62,018 bases of DNA from a virus (taxonomy: Duplodnaviria > Caudoviricetes): positions 1 to 62,018 of IMG/VR virus record IMGVR_UViG_3300035228_000644; one strand, 5' to 3'. The notes under the pieces are model-generated. The model was not told where the DNA came from, did no database searches, and saw only the letters and a list, made by a program, of their open reading frames with translations. Position 1 is the first letter of the stretch, and each line of letters opens with the position of its first letter. The position numbers and the translations under genes are program-made. Below are positions 1 to 8,731 of the stretch, in pieces.

Positions 1-94
1 AATCTTTATTGAGATACACTGCAGTACCACCGCCGACAATACCAGCAGTTCCTACAAATGATAGTACTGCTAAAACATTAATTACTTTTTGCAT
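1..94 (-). CDS. hypothetical protein with N-terminal hydrophobic segment (3' end runs off the window)
   Basis: Read by hand: ATG at 94, MQKVINVLAVLSFVGTAGIVGGGTAVYLNKD..., with a GGAG-like RBS upstream. Confidence 0.7.
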   Translation of the reverse strand, partial: MQKVINVLAVLSFVGTAGIVGGGTAVYLNKD

Positions 95-105
95 TTTATT
101 CTCCG

Positions 106-522
106 TTACATTTTATATGAATCGTCAGTAGAAATTTTGATTGGTGCCTGCTCAATACGAATAGTCTGTGCAGGTGCAGTTTCTTTTGCTGCTTGAATCA
201 ATCTTTCCATATCTGCTTTACTGATGCCACCACCGCTGCTAGATTCTCCTGCTTTCTTTGCTGCCTGGACACCAAAAGTCGCAAGCACCCCAGTAAAGAC
301 ACTTGCGATAAAAGTCGGATCTAGTTTTTGCTCTGGGATTCCAAGAGCAGGGGGTAGTTTAATATAAGCGAGCGTGAGTATTCCGCCGCTCCAAACAAGG
401 ATACCAAGCCTAACAAAAGTAGACAGAATAGCAAGTTGTTCTTCCTTGTCATCTGCTGCCTCTTTAATTTTACCTAGAATACCTTTCTTTTTAGGTTCTT
501 CCTTTTTAACTTCTTCTGGCAT
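106..522 (-). CDS. hypothetical membrane protein (two hydrophobic segments)
   Basis: 138-aa ORF with two TM-like stretches, directly downstream of regA; TAAATA box upstream. Confidence 0.8.
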   Translation of the reverse strand: MPEEVKKEEPKKKGILGKIKEAADDKEEQLAILSTFVRLGILVWSGGILTLAYIKLPPALGIPEQKLDPTFIASVFTGVLATFGVQAAKKAGESSSGGGISKADMERLIQAAKETAPAQTIRIEQAPIKISTDDSYKM

Positions 523-543
523 TGATGAAAAGCAAGGTTCTTC

Positions 544-550
544 TATTTAG
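544..550 (-). promoter_or_regulatory. putative late promoter (CTAAATA)
   Basis: TAAATA core about 22 nt upstream of the ATG at 522. Confidence 0.45.
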
Positions 551-975
551 GATTCAGGAACTTGTCTTTTCTTCCCAATATTATATTTCGATTCTAAAGT
601 CCATTCACCCTTTTCTTTATAGGCAATAACTTTAATCTGACTAAGAGGTGCTGCATCTGTTACAGAATTTTCCTTTACAATTTCCACCAAACCCCAATCA
701 GATAAGAGTTTGATAATACGGTTGCGTCTTTGAACATCATTCTCTGACAGGTTTGCTTTCTTACCATCTAAGGCAAACAACTCCTTGAAGTGAACAATAT
801 AATATTGACCTTTCTTATGAAGAATATGACAAGATTGAAATAATTTCTTCTCCTTACGAGAAGCAACACCAATACGAGTAAGAGTTTCACGCACCTTTAA
901 GAAATCATCTGGTTCCTTCAGATTGACCTCCACCATATCTTCCTTTGACCACTGAACTTCTTTAGGTTCATTCAT
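547..975 (-). CDS. regA: translational repressor RegA
   Basis: PDDFLKVRETLTRIGVASRKEKKLFQSCHILHK signature; T4 synteny after gp62. Confidence 0.97.
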   Translation of the reverse strand: MNEPKEVQWSKEDMVEVNLKEPDDFLKVRETLTRIGVASRKEKKLFQSCHILHKKGQYYIVHFKELFALDGKKANLSENDVQRRNRIIKLLSDWGLVEIVKENSVTDAAPLSQIKVIAYKEKGEWTLESKYNIGKKRQVPES

Positions 976-1376
976 CGTTTCTTACCACCTTTATTCAATT
1001 TGTCTTTAATAACCATAAGTTGGTTGTCGGTAAGAATCCTGAGTGCTTGCATTGCTTTCTCGGTTGAATAACCATAGAATTCTTTGACAAGTTCAATATC
1101 CGTCACCTTTTCTTTTTTACCCCAAGGAGAAAATCTCTTACGGGACCTGACGGTATTTATAAAGAAATCGTACTGCATTTTTTTATCCAGGTTTGGATAC
1201 TGATTCATTTCATTAGAAATCATCAAAGTATCCATATGATGGGATAAACATTTATTGATAATATATGGAGGATACTTTGCTTCCCAAGCAGGATCCCCAT
1301 CTTCCATCAGATTCTTTTTAGTAAGATTGATAGAATTTAAATAATCCTTAAGAGGATACCGTTCATCATACGACAT
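972..1376 (-). CDS. gp62: clamp loader small subunit gp62
   Basis: LKDYLNSIN...YPPYIINKCLS...QYDFFIN...RKRFSPW; lies between gp44 and regA. Confidence 0.92.
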   Translation of the reverse strand: MSYDERYPLKDYLNSINLTKKNLMEDGDPAWEAKYPPYIINKCLSHHMDTLMISNEMNQYPNLDKKMQYDFFINTVRSRKRFSPWGKKEKVTDIELVKEFYGYSTEKAMQALRILTDNQLMVIKDKLNKGGKKR

Positions 1377-2193
1377 AGTTAAGTAGTAGCAGTTCTTTAC
1401 GTTGTTGCTGGTCTTTCATATACTCACCAACTGATCGCATGGTATAAGTATGATCGTACTCATGTGGTTTCCAATCAATGAATCGAGACTTGATTAGATT
1501 GGAAGAGTTGTATGATACCATCTGGTCACAAGCATGTCTATCACATGCAAAGAAAAACTCATCATGATCAAACCCCTTATGCATCCCACCTTTCTTACCA
1601 TAGAGATTGGACTTAATCTCATAAGGTGGATCTAGATACACAAACGATTCCTTCTTATTAGTTAGAAGTTCTTCGTATGACAGATTAGTAATTCTCCAGT
1701 CTTGGATGAGTTCTCCATAGGCGGGGAGTTTATCAATCCCTCGCATACTAAAGTTTGAGTCTGACGCCTGTTTGCTGAAGGACGAGGACTCAGTGAGACC
1801 AGAGAAAGAGCACTTATTAACAATATAAAAACACACAGCAGCAGATAGGTTGGATGTTGAATCATCGTTTAGTTTCTCCTTAGCGTCTAGAAATAATTGT
1901 TTTGCTGATACTGGTTCTGGATGACTTTGCTTAAGTTGAACCAACTGATTACGAATCTCATCTGCATCGTACTGCAGTTCTTTCCAAAAATTATATAATG
2001 GTTCATACAAATCATTCACCCAGATATCCAGGTGAGGATACATCTGAGTGATATAGAGAGCAACAGAACCTCCACCAACGAAGGGTTCCCGAAACTCGGT
2101 GTAGTCTTTGAATGATGGAAAGAACTGTGCCATCTTTTTGGTGGCACGAGACTTACCACCAGGATAACGAAGAGGAGTCTTTAATGATGTCAT
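1366..2193 (-). CDS. dam: DNA adenine methyltransferase (D12/Dam class)
   Basis: PLRYPGGKS, EPFVGGGSV (SAM binding) and catalytic DPPY; start moved to 2193, giving an ATGA overlap with the gp44 stop. Confidence 0.9.
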   Translation of the reverse strand: MTSLKTPLRYPGGKSRATKKMAQFFPSFKDYTEFREPFVGGGSVALYITQMYPHLDIWVNDLYEPLYNFWKELQYDADEIRNQLVQLKQSHPEPVSAKQLFLDAKEKLNDDSTSNLSAAVCFYIVNKCSFSGLTESSSFSKQASDSNFSMRGIDKLPAYGELIQDWRITNLSYEELLTNKKESFVYLDPPYEIKSNLYGKKGGMHKGFDHDEFFFACDRHACDQMVSYNSSNLIKSRFIDWKPHEYDHTYTMRSVGEYMKDQQQRKELLLLNYVV

Positions 2194-3131
2194 TTGAATT
2201 GACACTCTAACATAATTTGAGTAAGACAAGCAAGAAGATTAATCTCCTGATCCACAGCAAATGCAGACTTGTATTGATACTCAGCAATGATTAGAACAGC
2301 AGCAGCAACACTAGGACCATCCATCACACCAGATAGATTGTCATAGAGTTTACGCATAATAGATGTTGGGTCAGCATCTAGATTTTGTGTCACCCACTTC
2401 TTAACATCATTAAACTTCTTGTTCTTTAATGCTGTCACAAGAGTATCTACATTAGCATCACCTAACGTCGCCAGAATGCCAGTGTCGATAACCCCCGTGC
2501 TTGCATATCGCTGCAGTTCGTTAATGGTTCTTCGGAAGTCTGGAAAGTATTTTTGGATGACTTCTGCAACAACTCTCGGAGCGAAGGTGACCTCCTCGCG
2601 CCTGAGGATATCCTGACACCTTGTAAAAAACGCACCAGCAAGTTCTTGCTTTGTCTGTCCACGAACGTTAAACTCTACGACTGTTGTTCTGCTATGTAGC
2701 GGTTCAATAATCTTGTTTTTGAAGTTACAAGTGAATATGAACCTACAGTTTTTTTGGAACTCTTCGATACTTGCACGAAGGAGTAATTGAACATCTGCGG
2801 TTGTATTGTCTGCCTCATCAATGATAAGAACTTTGTGACGAGCAGAAGCAGTGAGAGACACAGTAGCAGCAAAGTTCTTTGCCTGATTGCGTACAGTATC
2901 CAGGAATCTACCTTCATCCGATCCATTGATAACATAGTAGTCTGCTCCAAGTTCGTTACAAAGTGCCTTGGCGATGGTGGTCTTACCAACACCAGCAGTT
3001 CCAGATAAGAGGAGATTAGGGATCTCACCCTGGTCAATGAAACTCTGGAAGGTTTGCTTCACATTAGCAGGAAGAATGCATTCCTCAACAGTCTGAGGAC
3101 GATACTTCTCTACCCATAAAAAATCATTCAT
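2190..3131 (-). CDS. gp44: clamp loader large subunit gp44 (RFC-like AAA+)
   Basis: LWVEKYRP, Walker A GTAGVGKT, Walker B IIDEAD, FPDFRR. Confidence 0.97.
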   Translation of the reverse strand: MNDFLWVEKYRPQTVEECILPANVKQTFQSFIDQGEIPNLLLSGTAGVGKTTIAKALCNELGADYYVINGSDEGRFLDTVRNQAKNFAATVSLTASARHKVLIIDEADNTTADVQLLLRASIEEFQKNCRFIFTCNFKNKIIEPLHSRTTVVEFNVRGQTKQELAGAFFTRCQDILRREEVTFAPRVVAEVIQKYFPDFRRTINELQRYASTGVIDTGILATLGDANVDTLVTALKNKKFNDVKKWVTQNLDADPTSIMRKLYDNLSGVMDGPSVAAAVLIIAEYQYKSAFAVDQEINLLACLTQIMLECQFK

Positions 3132-3790
3132 TAGTTGTTAGGTTCGAGAGCAATAAAGTATTTGATGCCATTGCCCTGGAATAGAGCAACATTATGCTTA
3201 CTAATAGTTACATGATAATCATCCAACAATAGTTTTAGATTCTCAACTTTAAAACAATAACAGAATTCATTATCAGTTTCACCAACTTCAACAGAGTAAC
3301 TGTTAGAAGTATCATTCTTTTTATCAGTCACACAAAGATTCATAGTTCCACCTGTTCCATACAAACATAGATCGGGTAGTTGATAAACTAGTGCTGCTTT
3401 TTTAAGTTGATCAAGTTGGAGTCGATTGAGTTGAAATGTTACATCAGAAGAAGGAATATTAATTTCCTTCTCAGGAGGTTGAGTGATAATATCAGGGTCG
3501 GCATAAAAGAAACGAGTCTTAGACTTACCACGCCTATCACTCACAGTAACATAATTACTCTGTGAGGTATCAAGTTTTGGTGTATCAAATAGATTCAAAC
3601 CACCAAGAAATACACCCAAGTCATAGATAGAAATTTGATTCTCAAATTGTTCTTCAACATCAGCAATAGCAAGAATGTTTTTGTTGATGCTGAGAGTAGA
3701 AACTTGATTGCCAGGTTTGATGACAATAGACTTGTTAATAGAACAGAAGTTCTTTAAGACTTCAATGGTGGATTTGGAAATTACTGTCAT
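3131..3790 (-). CDS. gp45: DNA polymerase sliding clamp gp45
   Basis: LKNFCSINKSI, IYDLGVFL and C-terminal YFIALEP; adjacent to gp44. Confidence 0.93.
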   Translation of the reverse strand: MTVISKSTIEVLKNFCSINKSIVIKPGNQVSTLSINKNILAIADVEEQFENQISIYDLGVFLGGLNLFDTPKLDTSQSNYVTVSDRRGKSKTRFFYADPDIITQPPEKEINIPSSDVTFQLNRLQLDQLKKAALVYQLPDLCLYGTGGTMNLCVTDKKNDTSNSYSVEVGETDNEFCYCFKVENLKLLLDDYHVTISKHNVALFQGNGIKYFIALEPNN

Positions 3791-4071
3791 TGAGGGTATA
3801 CTTCTTTAGGGGGTGCAGATTTGTCAGAGAAATGGAGGAGGAGCAATCCGTAGTGTAGGATCTTAATGATATCACGACGGGCAGTGCCTTTACGGTCATA
3901 GCGAGAAGCATACTTTAGAATGTTACTTCTACAGAATGCCTCAGCATCACCACAGGATTCAATCAGATCTAATGTTTGAATCTGATCGTTACCAGCAGAA
4001 TAGTGTTGTCCGTAGGTCCCTGTGATATAATCGCGCAACTCCTTGAGAAGCGCATCTTCATTGTATTTCAT
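3787..4071 (-). CDS. DUF3310-like small protein (putative nucleotide kinase-like)
   Basis: HY...IQTLDLI...FCRSNILKYASRYDRKG...DIIKILHY pattern. Confidence 0.65.
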   Translation of the reverse strand: MKYNEDALLKELRDYITGTYGQHYSAGNDQIQTLDLIESCGDAEAFCRSNILKYASRYDRKGTARRDIIKILHYGLLLLHFSDKSAPPKEVYPQ

Positions 4072-5147
4072 AATAAGATGTTTTCTTCATCCTCATTATA
4101 TTCCGAATCTTCTCCAGCGTCAACCTTAGTGTAGAGATCTAGGAAAGATTGTTTTGTATCGTCATCAAAACGATTCACACACTTAGTGATAGCGTCAAGA
4201 CGATCACCAAAAATATCATATGCCTGCACAATATGGACCAGACGACGTGTCGTGATTACTTCATCAACACCACCGTCAAAGAAGGTCTTACGAATCACAC
4301 CTGCCCACTTTACAAGATTCTCTGCAAAAACTGGATCACAACCAACATTCAACAGGATCTTAGTTTCTACAATAGCACTGGGATACTCCTGCTCAAAAGT
4401 TACAGGGAATCGTTCGAGGAATGCCTCATTGAGAATATTGGTTCCAACAAAGCGACCGTCATCGCTACCTTTACCTTTAGTATTTGCAGTTGCAATAACA
4501 TTGAATCCGTCCTTAGGAGTTACATACTTACCAATTTTTTTCAGAAACACACCCTTGCCTTCAAGGATGGATTGTAAACAGAGGATTTTATTTGAAGCAA
4601 GGTCAACTTCATCAAGTAGCAAGACTGCTCCTCTTTCAAGTGCCTCCACGACAGGTCCGTTATGCCAAACAGTTGACCCATTGTCAAGACGGAAACCACC
4701 AATAAGATCATCCTCATCAGTTTCAATAGTAATATTTACCCGAATCAACTCTCGTTTTGTTGCAGCACAAGTTTGCTCAACTGACATGGTTTTACCATTG
4801 CCAGAAAGACCTGTGATGAAGATAGGATAAAACTTACGGGACTGAATAATCTTGCGAACAGATGAAAAATTACCAAACTGGACATAGGAATCATCTTTTT
4901 CAGGAATATAGTTTACAGCAGATGTGACAGAGGGTGCTTCATATGCTCGCTCAATCTCTTGAGCAGTCAAGTTCCACTTACCTGTTCCTGATTTATAAGA
5001 CTTCAAACGCTTGCAAGCAGTAGCGTAGGACAGATTGAGTTGACTTGCTGCCTCGCGAATATTCTGACACCCGACTTCAACACCGAAATTATCGATGAGA
5101 TATTGAACCATTTGTTCAGTAGTAACAGGATTTGGAGCGAAGGGCAT
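4068..5147 (-). CDS. cobS: CobS-like / MoxR-family AAA+ ATPase
   Basis: Walker A GLSGNGKT, Walker B LLLDEVD, ATANTKGKG, NEAFLERF. Confidence 0.9.
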   Translation of the reverse strand: MPFAPNPVTTEQMVQYLIDNFGVEVGCQNIREAASQLNLSYATACKRLKSYKSGTGKWNLTAQEIERAYEAPSVTSAVNYIPEKDDSYVQFGNFSSVRKIIQSRKFYPIFITGLSGNGKTMSVEQTCAATKRELIRVNITIETDEDDLIGGFRLDNGSTVWHNGPVVEALERGAVLLLDEVDLASNKILCLQSILEGKGVFLKKIGKYVTPKDGFNVIATANTKGKGSDDGRFVGTNILNEAFLERFPVTFEQEYPSAIVETKILLNVGCDPVFAENLVKWAGVIRKTFFDGGVDEVITTRRLVHIVQAYDIFGDRLDAITKCVNRFDDDTKQSFLDLYTKVDAGEDSEYNEDEENILL

Positions 5148-5172
5148 GAGTTCCTTTGTTGACTATACAGAT

Positions 5173-5229
5173 AGTATAGCAGAAAACCCCCCCGAACGGG
5201 AGGGTCTTGGACAGTTATTTAGTTGTCAC
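5173..5229 (-). promoter_or_regulatory. promoter with GACA-N10-TGTC inverted repeat and extended -10 (TGCTATACT)
   Basis: GTGACA ACTAAATAAC TGTCC, 27 nt, then TGCTATACT upstream of cobS; same layout as at 8019-8076. Confidence 0.6.
5182..5207 (-). terminator. hairpin / possible intrinsic terminator
   Basis: AGACCCTCCCG-TT-CGGGGGGGTTTT, just after the glycosylase stop. Confidence 0.5.
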
Positions 5230-5738
5230 ACCCACTCAGGTTTGTGATTTGGAATACGCAGATAGTTAGATGACACCCATGGTTTAGATGCAATGTACAT
5301 CTTGTAAGCAGTGAAGATGTCAATGCTGGTGTCATACTTATATTCGTCAGGTCCTGCAAAGACAAAAGGAGTATGATCACTCAACTTTGCAGAAGGAATG
5401 ATCTCGTCAGCAGCAAGGAGAGTCCTATAACAGGTATGGTTTTTCCCATACCGAGTATAATACTCGTCACATAATGCAACGCCATGCTCAAGCAACCATC
5501 GAGAGTTTGCTACAGTCTCATTTGCCCACTTGGTGCAAGGGTGATTACGAAACGCTCCCTTGTCCGTAGCATAGGGTGTTCCATCTTTCTTAGGCAGTGT
5601 GCCATAACCATGCCCCCACTTGTCTGAGGCGACTATAGCAAGCATCTGGCAGGTCTCTAGAGGCATCTTAACGATGTGCTTGTCAGGCAGAACTTCTGCT
5701 GACTTCCATGGAGACTCGTCAGTGACGAAGATGTTCAT
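5226..5738 (-). CDS. pyrimidine-dimer DNA glycosylase / endonuclease V-like protein
   Basis: MNIF...DKHIVKMPLETCQML...NHPCTKW...EY..RYGK.H pattern of the DenV-like phage family. Confidence 0.7.
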   Translation of the reverse strand: MNIFVTDESPWKSAEVLPDKHIVKMPLETCQMLAIVASDKWGHGYGTLPKKDGTPYATDKGAFRNHPCTKWANETVANSRWLLEHGVALCDEYYTRYGKNHTCYRTLLAADEIIPSAKLSDHTPFVFAGPDEYKYDTSIDIFTAYKMYIASKPWVSSNYLRIPNHKPEWV

Positions 5739-5878
5739 TCAAATACTGCCGTTACTCCCATGATAGTTGCTCCAGGGTTTCGTGCCAAGGCAACCTTCTT
5801 AGCATCGTCATAGTCTGTAGCAATAACAATTTCGTCAAAAACTGTTCCTGCCTTGAATAGTTGTACTTTACACTTCAT
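5735..5878 (-). CDS. small hypothetical protein (47 aa)
   Basis: Read by hand: MKCKVQLFKAGTVFDEIVIATDYDDAKKVALARNPGATIMGVTAVFE; ATGA overlaps with both neighbours. Confidence 0.8.
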   Translation of the reverse strand: MKCKVQLFKAGTVFDEIVIATDYDDAKKVALARNPGATIMGVTAVFE

Positions 5879-7995
5879 GCGATTTGCTCAATAAATGCGT
5901 TAAGGATGGTCTTGTTTGTCATTTTAGAACCCATGTGTTTTTTAAATGCACGAGCGAGTTCTGCTTTGGTGGCAACTTCGGACTTTTGTTTTACCTCAAG
6001 ATCTAAAGTTCCTAGTCCAGTATTTTTATCGGGCATATAGAATGCCTCAGTAAATCCTGCACTTTCTTTAATGGAAGCAAAACGTTCCTTTCTCCACTGC
6101 TTATCGATTGCATCAAATTTATCATATGCAATTTCTCTAATCAGTTTAGATAAATCACCTTTACTACAAAGACGAATACCAACCCAATTATAATCAGTAA
6201 TCTCACGATAGAATGATACTATCTCTTTTGTAGTTTCATATGGATGACTTGAGATTCTACGGGTATATCCAGTTTCAGGATCGCGAAGAAAAAATACTTT
6301 ACCCCGAGTGTGGCATAGGTATTGATACCGATATTCTCCAGCGCGATAGTAATGATCTTCAGCAAACTTATGAATGTAACTCATAGGATTTGCTTCACCA
6401 TCAGTCAAACAAATAACATTTACTTTACTAACTCTTTCAATCTTTTTAAGATTAGAAACAATTTTACGAGTGCAATATACTGCTTCGGCAAGAGGAGTTC
6501 CGCCAAGAGTATACTCTGAAAAATAATTTAGACGCCATCCATTCATAGCAAACACCTGAGTATATACTAATTGCATAGACTTCTCAAGAGATTGTCTATT
6601 TTGACGAGATGAAAAGAATTCAAGCAGACGAAAATCTGAAGAAATTCCTAACTCATTTTCATTCTGCATGATATTAAGATCATCATTCTGAATATGATAT
6701 CCATGTCCAGATTGGAAAGCATATACTCGAAATGGAATTCCAGATTTTTTACAGAACCAGATGAGATTATAAGTTTGTTTCAGGGTATCAAGCAATTGAT
6801 TACCCATGGAACCAGACCAATCAAGATACATTATAAGACCATGATTTTTACCTTCAGGAACTACAGTGACTCTTTTAAAGATGTCATCATTATATTTGTA
6901 AGTGTGTAGTTTGTTGGTATCAAGAACACCTGTTTTAGAAGTTGCTGAACGACGGTACTCTTCAGCAGATTTTTTCATGTCAAACTGCTTACACAAATAA
7001 TTGACAGTCTTCTGTGTATCTTTTTTAAATGAATTGTAATTATCAACAGCATACTGAACATACTCTCCCCAAGTGCGTTCGGGATCATAAAAATGTCCTT
7101 GGAGTTTTTCTTGAATTGTTTTAAAAGGAACAATTAAATCTTCAACTTTAGGATTAGGAATTGAGAGATATACCCATTCCTTAGCATTGTCATCTACAAG
7201 AGTCTCAAGTGCTTCTGCAAGTGCATCATTAGTTACACATTTGGTTTCATCAGCGTCACCCCCATAAGAAGGTGTATCTAAATCTGTATCACTCTGCTCA
7301 ATATCTTCTCTCCATTCACTCTCACGCCTTGCTGCCTCTTCAAGCATCTCTTCGTGAGTCATCTCCTCATAGTCATCACTATCAACAGGGTTTATTTCTT
7401 CCTCACGATCTGCTTGTGCTTGACCATCTTCTGTTGATGGCATCATCATCTCTTCTTTATGATCCTGTTTTTCAGAACAATATTCATACAATTCTTTAGA
7501 AAGATTAACTACCTCCCTAAAGGTTTTAGTTTGATCTGCACGACGGACCCATACCATCTCATCATCAGAGAATGGAATACTAGGATTACCTTTGAAATAA
7601 AGATTGATACGATCAATCAATGAGAGTGTTGTGGGATCTTCATGTTTTACACCAAAGAAGTCCTCATTCCACAACTCTTTATATCCCTCAAAAAAAGATT
7701 TACGGAGACCAGGATAGGTTACCTTCATCATACGTTCGATACGAGCATCCTCCAGAACATTCACAAATGCCTTTGAGGCACCACTGTAATCCTCATTAGG
7801 AGTATACAGAGCATGTCCTACCTCATGCCCCACCAGAAGGTCATAAACGGTATTAGAGGCAGTCTTCCAGATAGGGAGGATGAGCAGACGTTTATCAACA
7901 TCAAAGCACGCGGTACTAACCTTACGATGCTCTACAGTCAGGTTCTCTGTAGCGAGTAGTTTGGCAAGAGTGCCCTTGACTTCCTGAGTGTTCAT
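5875..7995 (-). CDS. CobT-like protein: N-terminal HEXXH peptidase-like domain, acidic linker, C-terminal vWA domain
   Basis: HEVGH and NVLEDARIE; MIDAS elements DWSGSM, GGTPL, LTDGE. Confidence 0.85.
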   Translation of the reverse strand: MNTQEVKGTLAKLLATENLTVEHRKVSTACFDVDKRLLILPIWKTASNTVYDLLVGHEVGHALYTPNEDYSGASKAFVNVLEDARIERMMKVTYPGLRKSFFEGYKELWNEDFFGVKHEDPTTLSLIDRINLYFKGNPSIPFSDDEMVWVRRADQTKTFREVVNLSKELYEYCSEKQDHKEEMMMPSTEDGQAQADREEEINPVDSDDYEEMTHEEMLEEAARRESEWREDIEQSDTDLDTPSYGGDADETKCVTNDALAEALETLVDDNAKEWVYLSIPNPKVEDLIVPFKTIQEKLQGHFYDPERTWGEYVQYAVDNYNSFKKDTQKTVNYLCKQFDMKKSAEEYRRSATSKTGVLDTNKLHTYKYNDDIFKRVTVVPEGKNHGLIMYLDWSGSMGNQLLDTLKQTYNLIWFCKKSGIPFRVYAFQSGHGYHIQNDDLNIMQNENELGISSDFRLLEFFSSRQNRQSLEKSMQLVYTQVFAMNGWRLNYFSEYTLGGTPLAEAVYCTRKIVSNLKKIERVSKVNVICLTDGEANPMSYIHKFAEDHYYRAGEYRYQYLCHTRGKVFFLRDPETGYTRRISSHPYETTKEIVSFYREITDYNWVGIRLCSKGDLSKLIREIAYDKFDAIDKQWRKERFASIKESAGFTEAFYMPDKNTGLGTLDLEVKQKSEVATKAELARAFKKHMGSKMTNKTILNAFIEQIA

Positions 7996-8008
7996 CCGTC
8001 TCTCTTGG

Positions 8009-8233
8009 TTACCTTGTAATTATAGCACTATCGTCAAGGTGTGGGGAAACTACAGGGACACTTTGATTACTGTCCCAGTGGCGGATCACTCCAGCAATAA
8101 TGAAAAAATTAGTAATGAGATAACTAAAAAACACGAGAGATCGTATAACAACAATAGCATTGTCATACCTCTCGGTCTTCTCATCAGAGAACGAACCCAA
8201 GGCATATTTCCAAACCCTCAATATTTTTTTCAC
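8009..8233 (-). CDS. hypothetical small membrane protein
   Basis: 74 aa, WKYALGSFSD followed by one TM segment; ATGA overlap with the upstream gene. Confidence 0.75.
   Translation of the reverse strand: MKKILRVWKYALGSFSDEKTERYDNAIVVIRSLVFFSYLITNFFIIAGVIRHWDSNQSVPVVSPHLDDSAIITR
8019..8076 (-). promoter_or_regulatory. promoter with GACA-N10-TGTC inverted repeat and extended -10 (TGCTATAAT)
   Basis: GGGACA GTAATCAAAG TGTCC, 28 nt, then TGCTATAAT, 24 nt upstream of the vWA gene ATG. Confidence 0.6.
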
Positions 8234-8466
8234 ACAAGCATTCCTTTCTCTTGTAGGAAATGTAATGTGTCATGCATGTTGCCAACGTGCTTATAACCTA
8301 AAGAGACCTGAGGATAAGTTGCTCCTTCACCAAATTCATTTTCAAAAGAACGTTGAGTAAAGTGCTTATTAAGTTTATACTCTAAAAACTCTCCACCAAG
8401 AGAATCTAATAGTGCCACCATACGCTCGCACTCTTGACTATCGTTAGAATAAATTACTGCTTGCAT
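8230..8466 (-). CDS. glutaredoxin-like protein (SQEC in place of CxxC)
   Basis: AVIYS..SQEC.R, TYPQV and HVG elements typical of the Grx fold; start set at ATG 8466. Confidence 0.7.
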   Translation of the reverse strand: MQAVIYSNDSQECERMVALLDSLGGEFLEYKLNKHFTQRSFENEFGEGATYPQVSLGYKHVGNMHDTLHFLQEKGMLV

Positions 8467-8603
8467 TTGCTTTTTAACCAACAGGGTTTACATAATGAAT
8501 TTTTATATTTATTTTTGGATGAAACATAGCATCCGACTTGAGGACATTGATTTGCTGGTATCATTTTACCGCACCCAATACACTCAGTTTCCCACATCTT
8601 CAT
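8454..8603 (-). CDS. small Cys-rich putative zinc-binding protein (49 aa)
   Basis: Read by hand: MKMWETECIGCGKMIPANQCPQVGCYVSSKNKYKNSLCKPCWLKSKCKQ. Confidence 0.6.
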   Translation of the reverse strand: MKMWETECIGCGKMIPANQCPQVGCYVSSKNKYKNSLCKPCWLKSKCKQ

Positions 8604-8731
8604 AACAATACTTCATTGGGATTGAGATTTTTTACAAATTGCACAGGATCTTTTTCAGACTTGTGTACCCAATGATAGCGCATACACTCGAATATAGGAT
8701 CCCATGTGGGGACACAAACATAATCAGTCAC
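8600..8731 (-). CDS. small hypothetical protein (43 aa, GTG start)
   Basis: MTDYVCVPTWDPIFECMRYHWVHKSEKDPVQFVKNLNPNEVLL; overlaps both neighbours. Confidence 0.6.
   Translation of the reverse strand: MTDYVCVPTWDPIFECMRYHWVHKSEKDPVQFVKNLNPNEVLL

Noticed and set aside
2194-2229. N-terminal extension of Dam in the ORF track
   Set aside because: Overlaps gp44; the ATGA-coupled start at 2193 is more plausible
4149-4830. Long plus-strand ORFs antisense to cobS, and similar ones opposite gp23, gp18, the fibre and other genes
   Set aside because: Shadow ORFs of well-supported minus-strand genes; no RBS or motifs
4068-7995. Cobalamin biosynthesis operon
   Set aside because: No cobN or other cob genes in the window; only a generic AAA+/vWA architecture
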